Assembly: GCF_000150275.1 (NCBI RefSeq)
Contig: NW_002061036.1
Span: 1-7,486, forward strand
Source of the DNA: Trichoplax adhaerens
Taxonomy: Eukaryota > Animalia > Placozoa
Direction of reading: 5' to 3'
DNA length: 7,486 bases
The position numbers were made by a program, and so were the translations under genes. Positions 7,467 through 7,486 of the stretch are shown here, piece after piece. Below the pieces are notes generated by a model. The model had not been told where the DNA came from. It ran no database searches and saw only the letters and a list, made by a program, of their open reading frames with translations. Position 1 is the stretch's first letter; every line of letters starts with the position of its first letter.

Positions 7467-7486
7467 GTATGTTAGTATACAATAAT

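Overview
AT-rich eukaryotic (animal-like) genomic DNA with GT-AG introns and two assembly gaps (1440-1534, 2594-2787). Almost the whole window is one + strand, multi-exon Apaf-1/CED-4-like gene that runs off the right edge; the ORF track captures only fragments of it. In order: promoter-like region, CARD exon (1163-1430), five frame-symmetric (phase 1-1) Ser/Thr-rich linker exons of 54, 54, 93, 93 and 12 nt inside tandem duplications, NB-ARC exons (Walker A GMAGSGKT, Walker B DDIW, sensor I TSR, GLPLA, winged-helix KSLL), the end of HD2, and a probable start of the C-terminal repeat region. As assembled the gene has two lesions: a poly-T frameshift just before Walker B, and missing LHD-motif/HD2 exon(s) with a splice-phase mismatch. 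It is therefore a decaying or truncated paralog, or it is misassembled. Base composition, ~90-nt introns and an Apaf-1-like gene would fit a placozoan such as Trichoplax, but that is inference only. All exon boundaries were read by hand, without transcript data.
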